Positions 36,570 to 46,528 of a stretch of DNA of 63,341 nt are shown piece after piece (the first letter of the stretch is position 1; each line of letters begins with the position of its first letter). Below the pieces are notes generated by a model. That model saw only the letters and a program-made list of their open reading frames with translations. It was not told the origin of the DNA and ran no database searches. Position numbers and translations under genes: made by a program. Source of the stretch: a bacterium (GTDB lineage Bacteria > Patescibacteriota > Gracilibacteria > Peribacterales > Peribacteraceae); NCBI GenBank assembly GCA_027592135.1, contig JAQCIJ010000003.1, positions 1 to 63,341 on the forward strand, written 5' to 3'.

Positions 36570-39251
36570 ATGCTTCCAAAAGCGTACGATCCAGGCTCAA
36601 CAGAAGACCGCATTTACAATATGTGGGAGGAGAGTGGGGCGTTTATTGCGGATAACACTACAGATAAAGAGCCTTTTACCATAAGTATGCCTCCGCCAAA
36701 TGCGACAGGGCAGCTTCATCTAGGACATGCGGTGATGCTTGCTCTTGAAGATATCTTTATTCGGTACGCTCGTATGCAGGGCAAAGAAGCACTTTGGGTA
36801 CCTGGGACAGACCATGCAGCGATTGCCACGGAGAATGTGGTTATTAAGAAGTTAAAAGACGGTGGTATGAAAGATCCACGAGAGGAAATGGGACGCGAGA
36901 AACTTGTCGATGCTATCAAAGAGTTTGTTGGAGAAAGCCAAGATACTATCCGCGGACAGATCAGAAAAATGGGATGTAGTTGCGACTGGTCACGCGAGGC
37001 GTACACGATGGATGAACCGAGGCATCGCATAGTTAAAGAGATCTTTTGTAAGATGTTTGCTGACGATCTTATCTATCGCGGTCACCGCATTGTAAACTGG
37101 GATCCTAAGCTTCAGACGAATGTGTCTGATGATGAACTGGATCACCAAGAACGTACAGATCCATTTTTTACTTTTCAATACGGACCATTCGAGATTGGTA
37201 CCGTGCGCCCAGAGACAAAATTTGGTGATAAGTATGTTGTTATGCACCCAGATGACAAACGCTATGCACAGTACAAGCACGGAGATACCTTCGATTGCGA
37301 ATGGATCAATGGACCGATTTCTGCAACCATCATCAAGGATGAATCCGTAGATCCAGAAATGGGTACAGGAGTAATGACGATAACCCCATGGCACAGTGGT
37401 GTGGATTTTGAGATTGCACAGCGTCATGGACTCGATAAAGAGCAGATCATCGACTTTGCTGGAAAGCTCCTTCCAATAGCAGGGGAGTTTGCCGGCATGA
37501 AGATTGAAGATGCGCGAGCAAAGATTGTTGAGAAGCTTGATAAAAAAGGCTTGCTCGTAAAGACAGATGAGAAGTACGAACACACGGTTGCACTCAATAG
37601 CCGTGGAGGAGGAATGATAGAGCCACAGATTAAATTGCAGTGGTTTATTGATGTAAACCGCGAAGCTGTTGAATGGAAAGGAAAGAAGATGAGTCTAAAG
37701 CAGGTAATGCAGGACACCGTAAAGAGTGGTGATATCAAAATCATTCCAGAACGGTTCGAGAAAACCTACTTCCACTGGATTGATAACCTTCGTGACTGGT
37801 GTATCTCTCGCCAAATCTGGTGGGGACATCAGATCCCTGTGTACTACAAAGGAGCTGAAGAGTTTGCAGGGGTGTTGCCTCCAGAAGGAGACGGTTGGGT
37901 GCAAGACCCAGATACACTCGATACATGGTTTTCTTCTGCTCTGTGGACATGGAGCACGCTCGTAGACCCGAAGCTTACCGAGGACTACTCACTCACGTTG
38001 AAAGAGATGATAGACGGTAGTCCGGACATCCAGAAGTTCCACCCGACACAGGTAATGGAAACAGGGTATGACATTATCTTCTTCTGGGTAGCCCGTATGA
38101 TTTTGATGACGACATACAGTATCGGACAAGTGCCATTTGATACGGTCTACTTGCACGGAATGATCCGCGCACGAGACGGAAAGAAGATGAGTAAATCGAA
38201 TCCAGAGGGGACGATCGATCCACTCGATATTATCGAGAAGTACGGGACAGATGCCTTGCGTATGTCGATGATCGTAGGACAAAGCCCAGGGAACGACCAA
38301 AAGCTCTACGAAGAGAAGATCGCTGGATACAGAAACTTTATTAATAAGCTGTGGAATGCGTCGCGGTTTGTATTGATGCAGTGTGAAGAGGCAGGGGTTG
38401 ATCCGCACGTTGTAGGGGGTAGGGAGTTGGAGTTAGGGAGTAAGGATTTATCTTTAGCAGACAAGGCACTTCTTTCATCACTGCAAGATTTGATAACAGA
38501 TGTGACAGATGGAATGGCGAACTATCGCTTAAGTGAAACAGGAGAGAGGCTGTATAGCTTCACGTGGGATTATTTCTGCGACTGGTACTTAGAACTCTCT
38601 AAAGGTGAAGCAAACCCTACAGTGCTTATTCATACACTCCGCACACTTGTTACACTTCTTCATCCGTACTGTCCGTTTGTGACAGAGGAGTTGTGGGATG
38701 CCATCAAGCATAAAGATGCAGGAATGTTAATAAATGAACAATGGCCAATGACCAATGATCAAATCAGGGATCAGGTTACACAAGATCAACTACAAGTGGT
38801 TATCGATGTTATCTCTGCTATTCGTAGCCTTCGTAGCGGTCAAGGAATAGAGCCAGGAAAGAAAGTGACTGTTACATTACTTACGCGGTCTCAGGGAATG
38901 TTACTTGAAGCACAGAACGAACATATCAAGAGGCTCGCAAAAGTAGAAAGCCTGACAATTGATACAAATCCCGATGCTACTAAGCCTGAAAATGCTGCAA
39001 GTGCAGTACTCAAAGACGTAGAGATATTCCTCTCTCTTGATGGTCTTATTGATAAAGACAAAGAACTTGCGAAGCTTGGAGTTGAGAAACAAAAACTCGA
39101 AGGATTCATTAAAGGTATTACTGCAAAGCTTGATAATAAATCTTTTGTTGAGAATGCAAAAGAAGAGGTAGTTGCACTTGAGCGAGAGAAGCTGGAGAGT
39201 GCAGAGGGGAAGCTTGTTAAGGTGAATGAGAGAATCATAAGTCTCAACTAG
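36570..39251 (+). CDS. valS: valine--tRNA ligase
   Basis: PPPNATG.LHLGH, PGTDHA.IAT, DWCISRQIWWGH, DTLDTWFSS, TGYDIIFFWVARM, KMSKS, C-terminal coiled coil. Confidence 0.98.
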   Translation: MLPKAYDPGSTEDRIYNMWEESGAFIADNTTDKEPFTISMPPPNATGQLHLGHAVMLALEDIFIRYARMQGKEALWVPGTDHAAIATENVVIKKLKDGGMKDPREEMGREKLVDAIKEFVGESQDTIRGQIRKMGCSCDWSREAYTMDEPRHRIVKEIFCKMFADDLIYRGHRIVNWDPKLQTNVSDDELDHQERTDPFFTFQYGPFEIGTVRPETKFGDKYVVMHPDDKRYAQYKHGDTFDCEWINGPISATIIKDESVDPEMGTGVMTITPWHSGVDFEIAQRHGLDKEQIIDFAGKLLPIAGEFAGMKIEDARAKIVEKLDKKGLLVKTDEKYEHTVALNSRGGGMIEPQIKLQWFIDVNREAVEWKGKKMSLKQVMQDTVKSGDIKIIPERFEKTYFHWIDNLRDWCISRQIWWGHQIPVYYKGAEEFAGVLPPEGDGWVQDPDTLDTWFSSALWTWSTLVDPKLTEDYSLTLKEMIDGSPDIQKFHPTQVMETGYDIIFFWVARMILMTTYSIGQVPFDTVYLHGMIRARDGKKMSKSNPEGTIDPLDIIEKYGTDALRMSMIVGQSPGNDQKLYEEKIAGYRNFINKLWNASRFVLMQCEEAGVDPHVVGGRELELGSKDLSLADKALLSSLQDLITDVTDGMANYRLSETGERLYSFTWDYFCDWYLELSKGEANPTVLIHTLRTLVTLLHPYCPFVTEELWDAIKHKDAGMLINEQWPMTNDQIRDQVTQDQLQVVIDVISAIRSLRSGQGIEPGKKVTVTLLTRSQGMLLEAQNEHIKRLAKVESLTIDTNPDATKPENAASAVLKDVEIFLSLDGLIDKDKELAKLGVEKQKLEGFIKGITAKLDNKSFVENAKEEVVALEREKLESAEGKLVKVNERIISLN

Positions 39252-39370
39252 TTTCCTTTGCCACAGATGTGGCAGACGAGGCAGACTGCCTGATTTTTTT
39301 GGTTCGTTTTTGCATCAAGGCAAAAATGAAGAAGAAGATAGCGAAGCTTACTTTTGTCATACATGTCTTG

Positions 39371-40561
39371 TTATTCAATAATCTCCAAATGCGGTTTCTT
39401 AGCATTATTTACAGCCATAGCGCTACCGCGCTTTATGCTCTCTCGCCCGTACTTTTTATGGAGGTCATCCATAGCTGCTTGAATATTTTCTACTTCTTGA
39501 GTGTTCTTTGGATTCTCGAATAACGAATACTGCGTGCCACCTTTGGGGTTAAGTCCATAAAGCCCGAGTCCCACTTGTGTGTACCGGCTTCCTTGTTCAT
39601 ACAGTCGATCGAAACACTGGTGCACATACGGCAGCACTTGTTCTTCGGTATCTGCAGCTTGTGGCAGCTTATTTTCTTTTTGGTCGAAGGTGTACGCGTC
39701 ACTGCGCAGCCATACACTTACGACACTTGTTGCCAACCCCAGACGCCTCATTTTTAGCATGGTGTAGGTCAAATGATGCAAGAGATGTGCGTACACCATT
39801 GCGCGATCACGGGTGGGCAGGAAGCTTCTTGTACGTGAAATAGATTTAGGAAGTGGAATTTCAGTTTCTATCTTTTCGACCATTTCTCCAAGAAGTTCTC
39901 GTTGCATGGCAAGCCCCGGGCGACCAAAGAGCTTTTGTACTTTTTCTTTATCGGCGTACGCAATGTCGTAGGCGGTTTTCCATCCTTGCGCTTCTGTGTG
40001 GAGTGCTCTGCGCCTGCCAATACCGGGAATAGCTTCTGCTGATCTGTCGCGTAAAAATGTATCGATAGAACTACGAAAGATGATCGTGACTCCTTCGGGT
40101 TTTACGTACTCACTCGCCATTTTTGCAAGGAGTTTGCTTGGTCCTATTCCTATCGAAACTGTCAGATCGACAGATCGCTTTACTGTCTCTTGGAGTTCGA
40201 GTGCCCAGTGTTTGATGTTATCGGGTAAACCTCCTGTAAGACTCTTAAGATCCAAGAACCATTCATCCACACTGTACCGCTGAATAATCGGGCAACGGTT
40301 TTTGAGGATCTGTTCTATTTGACGAGAGGCGAGCAGTGCTTCGTCGAAGTCCGAAGGAAGTGCGATGGCACCTTTGCAAAGTTTGCGAGCCTCGCTGAGA
40401 CGCATCCCTGTCTTTACTCCGCATGCCTTTGCCTCGTAGCTTGCAGCAATTACACAACCACCTCCCATCCCAAGAGCGAGTAGGGGTTTACCTTTAAGGT
40501 CTGGCCGTTTTCGCTGGAGTGCAGAGGCGAAGAAAGCGTCTGCGTCGATGTGAGCAAGCAT
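39371..40561 (-). CDS. dinB: Y-family DNA polymerase (DinB/UmuC-like)
   Basis: HIDADAFFAS, IAASYEAK..GVKTGM, YSVDEWF, SIGIG.SKLLAKMAS, IPGIG, KSISR.RSF. Confidence 0.93.
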   Translation of the reverse strand: MLAHIDADAFFASALQRKRPDLKGKPLLALGMGGGCVIAASYEAKACGVKTGMRLSEARKLCKGAIALPSDFDEALLASRQIEQILKNRCPIIQRYSVDEWFLDLKSLTGGLPDNIKHWALELQETVKRSVDLTVSIGIGPSKLLAKMASEYVKPEGVTIIFRSSIDTFLRDRSAEAIPGIGRRRALHTEAQGWKTAYDIAYADKEKVQKLFGRPGLAMQRELLGEMVEKIETEIPLPKSISRTRSFLPTRDRAMVYAHLLHHLTYTMLKMRRLGLATSVVSVWLRSDAYTFDQKENKLPQAADTEEQVLPYVHQCFDRLYEQGSRYTQVGLGLYGLNPKGGTQYSLFENPKNTQEVENIQAAMDDLHKKYGRESIKRGSAMAVNNAKKPHLEIIE

Positions 40562-40583
40562 GACGAGGGGTAAGGGGTAGTAG

Positions 40584-40680
40584 TTAGTAGCTGGTAGTTC
40601 GGGATTGTATAGACCTTAGTAATCCATTTATCAGTTTTGCAACAGTCACCGTTTGCTCTGCTAGCCCATCGAAATCATCA
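40584..40680 (-). pseudogene. C-terminal remnant of a four-helix-bundle (23S rRNA IVP/Avd-like) gene
   Basis: Reads DDFDGLAEQTVTVAKLINGLLRSIQSRTTSY* with no convincing start; flanked by inverted heptamer arrays. Confidence 0.5.
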
Positions 40681-40713
40681 AAAAAGAAGACGAATAATAA
40701 TGACTCAAATTTT

Positions 40714-40752
40714 CCCCTAACCCCTAACCCCTAACCCCTAGCTACTAACTCC
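40714..40752. repeat. heptamer tandem repeat (CCCCTAA)3-CCCCTAG-CTACTAA
   Basis: Read directly; a complementary array GAGGGGTAAGGGGTAGTAGTTAGTAGCTGG lies at 40565-40594. Confidence 0.85.
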
Positions 40753-41361
40753 CTAATACTTTCTAATCATTCCTTCCATAACTCCTGCAACTTGCAATTC
40801 TTCTACGGCATACATATCCGGATAGTTGGCATTTTCTGCTTGGAGATAGTATTTACCTTTATCGCGTTTTAGGCGTTTGAGGGTAAATTCTCCATCCAGA
40901 GAGCCAACGACAATATCGTTAAGCTTTGGTGTTTTGTTACGGTTTACGACTATAACATCCTCTTCGAGTATTCCTGCATCTATCATGCTGTCACCTTTTA
41001 CACGCAAAAGGAATGTCGATGCTCTATCACCAATAAGATATGCATCAAGCGAGATCATTTCTTCTGCTTGCTCTTCTACGGGGGCTGCAAACCCTGCGGA
41101 GATTGGACCGAAGAGTGGGAGCATCATTGGTTGTGCGAAGCCGTCGTCTCCATCTCCTACTTCCATAATTTTAATACGTCCCTTCGGATCTTTTTCGAGT
41201 TGCCCTTCGCGCACCAATACATTTACCACTTTTGCGACGGCGTTTTTACTACTGACACCAAAGGCTAACGCAAGGTCTGCCAGAGAAGGGGAGTATCCGC
41301 GTTTGCGTTGGAATTCTCCTATATAATTAAGCACGGTGCGTTGGTGTGGTGTAAGGGTCAT
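40753..41361 (-). CDS. lexA: SOS transcriptional repressor LexA
   Basis: LT..Q..VL.YI......GYSPS HTH, ISAGF cleavage site, LRVKGDSM (catalytic Ser), FTLKR (catalytic Lys). Confidence 0.93.
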   Translation of the reverse strand: MTLTPHQRTVLNYIGEFQRKRGYSPSLADLALAFGVSSKNAVAKVVNVLVREGQLEKDPKGRIKIMEVGDGDDGFAQPMMLPLFGPISAGFAAPVEEQAEEMISLDAYLIGDRASTFLLRVKGDSMIDAGILEEDVIVVNRNKTPKLNDIVVGSLDGEFTLKRLKRDKGKYYLQAENANYPDMYAVEELQVAGVMEGMIRKY

Positions 41362-41376
41362 GAGAAAAAATGGAAA

Positions 41377-41422
41377 AAGTACATTCGTCCACCATAGTAG
41401 GTGTACGAGTGTGCACTGTCAA
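41377..41422 (-). promoter_or_regulatory. lexA promoter with two putative operators
   Basis: TTGACA-N17-TACTAT; the spacer holds GTGCAC-ACTC-GTACAC (41401-41416) and a second box lies at 41377-41392. Confidence 0.7.
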
Positions 41423-41426
41423 GAAT

Positions 41427-41461
41427 AAGTTATGAGTTATGAGTTATGAGTTATGGATTAG
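41427..41461. repeat. heptamer tandem repeat (GAGTTAT)n
   Basis: AAGTTAT GAGTTAT GAGTTAT GAGTTAT GGATTAG. Confidence 0.85.
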
Positions 41462-41490
41462 CCAAAATCAGGTATTGCATTTTTTGTTTT

Positions 41491-42684
41491 CTACTGTGGA
41501 ATCTTATTCCACACAAAGCTCATGCTGAAGAATGTAGTCACAAGTAGTACACCACCAATAATACCGGTGATGAGTATGGCTTGATTGATGGTGAGGACAT
41601 CTGCCATGTATCCAAGGAATGGAGAGGCGAGTGTAAACATGCTACGGAATACGAACGAACGTATGGATAGTACGGTTGCTCGAATATCAGAAGTGGTCAT
41701 GCGATTAATAATATTATTAGTGAGTGGCGACAGGATACCCCAGGCGATGCGTGCCAATCCAAAGAAGATCAGTCCCCATAGCGACGATATACTGCCAAGG
41801 GCTATGCAGGAACCAAACACTACGAGTGCAATACCGGTAAGTAGCAAGCGGTCATCAGCAAACCGCTCCATGGTGTAGGTATATTTAGAGGCAACAGCCC
41901 CAACAAGAACGATCACAGAATGCGTAATACCAAAATACATCAGTGGTAACCCGACACTTGTTTGGTAGATTTGCGTATACCAAAAGAGCGACATAGTCAT
42001 CATGGCAATAATGCTGTGAAGAATAATAATACTGCGCAGCGGCACGTTATGGATGATGCTTTGCTTGGTGATACGCCACATGGTCTTAAGATGTCTGCCT
42101 TCTTGCATTTTGTGTCTGCGTGGTTCTGTAAGCAATAGTGTAACAATACAGGCAATTCCATAGGGAATGAGTGTCATCTGTACAGGGAGTCGCAAGCTAT
42201 AGACTACGAGAAACCCTCCCACAATACTCATGAGTGCCTCTGCTCCAAAGTGTGCAAATGCTAAGTTTCCACTGATGCGTTTATAGGAATTCGTATCATC
42301 TAGCTCCAAAAGAGAATCAAATGCGAGTGCCTCTAATGTTCCTGAATAGAAGCTTACTCCTATGCCAAGAAATATTTCTCCTATAAAGAATGTCATAAAA
42401 TTATAGCTTGTTGCATAAAGCAATACGCCAATAAATCCAGCAATTCCGCCAACAATAGCAGTATTTTTTCGACCCCATTTATCTGATGCATAACCGGATG
42501 GTATTTCGAGTAGAACTGCGCTTAATGTGAATACTCCTTGTAAAATAAATATTTGCTGCAGGCTCAATTTAGCACTGAGCATGAAGGGGATAATGATAGG
42601 AATGAACAATATCGATCCATTCAAAAAATGGAGGATATATAACTTCCAAATATTTGCCTGCATCTTTTGTAGGTAGCTCTCCAT
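41491..42684 (-). CDS. MFS transporter
   Basis: EIPSGY.SDKWGRK, SGT.EAL..DSL, RATVLS; about 12 TM helices. Confidence 0.92.
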   Translation of the reverse strand: MESYLQKMQANIWKLYILHFLNGSILFIPIIIPFMLSAKLSLQQIFILQGVFTLSAVLLEIPSGYASDKWGRKNTAIVGGIAGFIGVLLYATSYNFMTFFIGEIFLGIGVSFYSGTLEALAFDSLLELDDTNSYKRISGNLAFAHFGAEALMSIVGGFLVVYSLRLPVQMTLIPYGIACIVTLLLTEPRRHKMQEGRHLKTMWRITKQSIIHNVPLRSIIILHSIIAMMTMSLFWYTQIYQTSVGLPLMYFGITHSVIVLVGAVASKYTYTMERFADDRLLLTGIALVVFGSCIALGSISSLWGLIFFGLARIAWGILSPLTNNIINRMTTSDIRATVLSIRSFVFRSMFTLASPFLGYMADVLTINQAILITGIIGGVLLVTTFFSMSFVWNKIPQ

Positions 42685-42706
42685 GCATAGAGTTTACACT
42701 ATCTAT

Positions 42707-43633
42707 TTATAAGTCTTCTGGGCTATCTGTGATGACATCAAGATCTTTAAGTCGGCTGAGTTCTAGATAGGTAATCGTCCAGACAGTCTGCTTAAAGACT
42801 GTGACGTAGGCAAAGAAGTAGCTGGCTGCGACAGTCATAATAAGACCTAAAATACTTCCGATGCTATAACTGACAGCAGGTGATAAGAATTTGGTGAGCA
42901 GAAGACCTGTTCCGATAACGATACCAGGAACAAGTAAGATCATTACAATATTAATAATGATACGTAGGCTGATAACAAAGAGAAGAATCAGTAAGAAGAC
43001 GACGTGTCCGAGGTGGCTAATGATCAGCTTCATACTTTTTCCGATAGCAGCAAATGGCCCAAGCTTGTGAATAACAATGGCCTCTTCGGCAAATGCTGCA
43101 AAAAATTGTAGGATATTACTCAGCACCCAGAAGAGTCCGAGCAGTCCAAGAGGTAGTAGCAGGAAGTCTCCACCTGGACCGTAGCGAATCATGAGTGAAC
43201 CAATAGTAATTACTGTAGAGATACCTCCTAATACAAAGAGTTCGTGCACAATAAAGATTGGTACACAGTTATAGAGTGCCAAGATCAGTCCGCCTTTAAC
43301 TTCTTGTTTGGTGTGAGATTTTGCAGCGAGTCCGATAATTGCACCTTTCGCAAAGTGTGGGAAGACAAGCTCTATAGCTACCATCGAAAATATAATAATA
43401 ATTAATGTCCACGCAGCCGCTTCTGGCATTATTTCTAGCAGAAGCTCTTCCATAGCAAAGAAGCTAATTGTTTCTCCTTTGATTACGTACAAGTAGAAGA
43501 ACCATGACTGATAGACCAAGAGTTTAATGTTGAGTAATGTTTCGAGTAATGCAGAAGAGAATCCCCAGCGGCGAAGCTGCTTTTCTTTCTTGGTCATGGC
43601 CCATGCCTTGGCGATAATTTCGCGGGGGGTCAT
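42707..43633 (-). CDS. hypothetical polytopic membrane protein
   Basis: Start MTPREIIAKAW; about 6 TM helices. The ORF-track extension to 43723 is repeat-derived. Confidence 0.75.
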   Translation of the reverse strand: MTPREIIAKAWAMTKKEKQLRRWGFSSALLETLLNIKLLVYQSWFFYLYVIKGETISFFAMEELLLEIMPEAAAWTLIIIIFSMVAIELVFPHFAKGAIIGLAAKSHTKQEVKGGLILALYNCVPIFIVHELFVLGGISTVITIGSLMIRYGPGGDFLLLPLGLLGLFWVLSNILQFFAAFAEEAIVIHKLGPFAAIGKSMKLIISHLGHVVFLLILLFVISLRIIINIVMILLVPGIVIGTGLLLTKFLSPAVSYSIGSILGLIMTVAASYFFAYVTVFKQTVWTITYLELSRLKDLDVITDSPEDL

Positions 43634-43640
43634 TATGGAT

Positions 43641-45272
43641 TTAGGAAATAGGGGGAATAAAAGAAATAGGGGCAATAAAGGATCCCATATTTCCCTTATT
43701 AATCTTATTGCCCCTATTTCCATTCCAAGAGGTGGATGTATTTTTCATAAGATTTTTTACAAGATCCTGCAACGGAGTATATCGGTAGTCTTTTCCAAGG
43801 AGTATTGTAGCACGTTCTCGTTGCTGTGTGGGTAAATCTAGAGGAGCAGGATTTGCCTCTATTCCGAGCATAGTGCTAAAAAAATCAACTACAGCATCTG
43901 GCTCTGGCGGGGCAACAATCATTGAAGATTCTCGTTTTTCCGTATCCCCATTTTCCACTGTTACGACGGTAAATCCAAAGCGTATCAGTTCTGTTGCAAG
44001 TTTTCTGGCAGACCCAGGAGCGGCCCCTGCATTGAGAATGGAAACGTTTGGTTTTTCGAGGTAGATAGTACGGTTACGGAAGATAAGTTCTGCAAAAGAT
44101 TTCGGCTGCTTCCAGGTAACAGGGAACTCAGGGATCGAAACAGGAAGCAATACAGATGCTCCCTCGAAGAGGTTGCGTGGAGGTGTGTACATCATGCCGC
44201 CTGGCTCGATAATATAATCGTAGAGTGCATTACGGTCGTTTAATTGCATGCTTATGATATTCCCTTTATTAATTTTTTGACCGAGTTCTGCAGCTCCTAT
44301 GAGTTCGCGAAGTGTCATCGTCGACTCGACGTTTTCACTCATGATTTTCATAAATGATGTAATAGCTGCAGGGTCACTGAGGACACCTTCTTCTTTTGCT
44401 GTATGTGCCATGGCACCGAGAAGCTGTTGTTGACGGGCAGAGCGTCCGAAGTCGCTAGAGGTGTGACGGCTGCGTGCGTACTTCAGCGCAGTGGCGCCAT
44501 CGAGATGTCGCGGACCTGCACGAATAATAAATGGTTCGAATCCGAAGGTCTCATTTGGATATTCGTAATCCTCTATATCGTAAGGTACATCAATATCCAA
44601 ACCTCCCAATACATCAATGGCTCGTGTGAAAGCGATAAAGTCTACTTTGATGGTGTGGTGAATTTCTATTTCTAGCTTGCTGCTGATTTCTTCTGCCAGA
44701 TATTCCAATGCTTCTTTAGAAGCGATTTCTGGTTCGACTCCTTTTTGGAAAATCAGGTAACTGCGGAAGTCGCGGTACATTGTGTTTAACTTTCCTTTGC
44801 CCATTTTTTCTGTATTAAGGAAGTATGTATCGCGGGGGAGTGAAAGTAGAACTACACTTTGTGTACTTGGGTCGATACTCGCAATCATGATGGTATCGGT
44901 GAGGTTTTTTCCATCGTGATCTGCATCACCTTGTCCCATCAGTAGAAAGTTGGTGTGTCCATGTTCATCTTTCGGTAAATTTACTCCAGCAATATTGATA
45001 ATGTTCCGCACTCCAAGGCTGCGCACAGACATCATTGCTTTCCCAATGCCTGCAAGAAGCAGGAGTGCGATAAATACTGCAATTAAAATAGTGAGTGTAC
45101 GTTTGAGGATACCGAGACGGTGCTCTTTTTTCTGTGAACGTGTGTGTAATTTTTTCCATTGATGATACACACCCATTACTGGCTGAGCGACAGTAAGTAG
45201 TACTGCAGCACGACCGGCCCAGAGTTGTTTCTTGCTCGGTTTGTCACGAAGTTTACGGACACTAAAAGACAT
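43641..45272 (-). CDS. LCP (LytR-CpsA-Psr) family protein with LytR_C domain
   Basis: LTDTIMIA, LLSLPRDT, VDF..F...ID.LGG, LDG.TALKYARSRH.SSDFGRS.RQQ, ILNA....G.A. Confidence 0.92.
   Translation of the reverse strand: MSFSVRKLRDKPSKKQLWAGRAAVLLTVAQPVMGVYHQWKKLHTRSQKKEHRLGILKRTLTILIAVFIALLLLAGIGKAMMSVRSLGVRNIINIAGVNLPKDEHGHTNFLLMGQGDADHDGKNLTDTIMIASIDPSTQSVVLLSLPRDTYFLNTEKMGKGKLNTMYRDFRSYLIFQKGVEPEIASKEALEYLAEEISSKLEIEIHHTIKVDFIAFTRAIDVLGGLDIDVPYDIEDYEYPNETFGFEPFIIRAGPRHLDGATALKYARSRHTSSDFGRSARQQQLLGAMAHTAKEEGVLSDPAAITSFMKIMSENVESTMTLRELIGAAELGQKINKGNIISMQLNDRNALYDYIIEPGGMMYTPPRNLFEGASVLLPVSIPEFPVTWKQPKSFAELIFRNRTIYLEKPNVSILNAGAAPGSARKLATELIRFGFTVVTVENGDTEKRESSMIVAPPEPDAVVDFFSTMLGIEANPAPLDLPTQQRERATILLGKDYRYTPLQDLVKNLMKNTSTSWNGNRGNKINKGNMGSFIAPISFIPPIS
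43644..43721. repeat. inverted 9-mer array encoding the LCP C-terminus
   Basis: GGAAATAGG-type units followed by their complement CCTATTTCC. Confidence 0.75.
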
Positions 45273-45381
45273 GGACGTAGCTTACCGTACAGCAACTATT
45301 CATCATAGTGTTTTTTCGTACACCTTGTATGGTGTACGGGCGTATCTTTAGAGGATAGTGGATAATGTCATAGTATTGGTA

Positions 45382-45831
45382 ATGGCTTCCATTGTTTTTC
45401 TCCAAGTAGATTCCGAAGATACAGATTGTGTAGCTCAGGAGTTTCCTGAAGCGACGATTAAAGAGACGCACCATATGATAGATGCGGATGCATTTGCCAA
45501 GATGAAAGATGGTGTATGCCTAGTGAATACTGCTCGCGGAGAACTGATTGATTCTGATGCACTGCTCGATGCACTCAATTCTGGCAAAGTGAAGCATGCA
45601 CTATTGGACGTACTGGAACATGAGCACAACTTTGAAGAGAATAAAGCGTTGATTACCCATAAAAGTGTGATCTCTACTCCGCACATCGCATTTTATGCAG
45701 AAGAGAGTATGCGCAATATGTATGAGGATGCATTTGTATCTATTCACGAATATTTGCGTGGTGACAAACCAGAACATACGGTGAAGCCACCAACAGTGAT
45801 TTACGAATTACCAGGCATTAGAAGAGGATAG
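45382..45831 (+). pseudogene. D-isomer 2-hydroxyacid dehydrogenase with large in-frame internal deletion
   Basis: About 26 N-terminal residues joined to KETHHMID...VNTARG...LDVLE.E...TPHIAFY; no GxGxxG motif. Confidence 0.7.
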
Positions 45832-45880
45832 TAGCTGTGTGACTCTGTTACGCAGACTCCGCCAAACGCGGAGAAAATCA

Positions 45881-46528
45881 TCATAAAACCACATAGAGAA
45901 TCCCGAGTACTATCGGTTGGTGGATCATGTAAATTAGCAGGGCGTGTTTTCCGGGAAACACAGCATACTGCAGCGCGGGCATCCCTGCCCGCATTGTCAT
46001 GTATCGAAGATTATTTCTGATATACAGGTAATGTCCGAGGCCTGCACCAATGAGCATGAGTCCAAACCAGGGGAGGAGAGGGTAGTAGTCGAGAGTAGGG
46101 CGATCGAAAAGTGGATAGTGGATAGTGGATAGTGGATAAAGAATTACCATGAGGCCGAGTATGATATTCCACTCTCTAATTTTCTTGAGCAGAATCAGCA
46201 AAAGCATTCCTACTCCGATGCAATGCAGGATTCCAAAGTAGATAAATGTACTGGAGTCATAGGCGTAGGTAACAACAGAAATCAGAAATGCACATGCAAT
46301 AACTACCAATGCACGTTTCAGTGGTCTACTAGAAAAGTTTGTAGAAACCCCTGCGAGTATCAAAAAGAGCGATGCAGTCAGTATTCGTAATACCTGCCAC
46401 TGCGTCCCCCAGATATCTATCTGCCAATCGTAAAAAGCCCACAAATCAAATGCAGCATGAAAGATAACCATCAAGACAATAGCGAGTGACCGCAGAAGGT
46501 CTATTTCGATGATGCGTTCTTTGGCCAT
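45881..46528 (-). CDS. DUF1624 / HGSNAT-like membrane acyltransferase domain protein
   Basis: RI.EID.LR..AI.LMVIFH, F...AGVS, YFGILH.IG, DYYPLLPW, GKHAL.IY.IHQP. Confidence 0.88.
   Translation of the reverse strand: MAKERIIEIDLLRSLAIVLMVIFHAAFDLWAFYDWQIDIWGTQWQVLRILTASLFLILAGVSTNFSSRPLKRALVVIACAFLISVVTYAYDSSTFIYFGILHCIGVGMLLLILLKKIREWNIILGLMVILYPLSTIHYPLFDRPTLDYYPLLPWFGLMLIGAGLGHYLYIRNNLRYMTMRAGMPALQYAVFPGKHALLIYMIHQPIVLGILYVVL

Noticed and set aside
40714-40741. Telomeric repeat or eukaryotic contamination
   Set aside because: Only four units, embedded between bacterial lexA and dinB, and one of many unrelated heptamer arrays.
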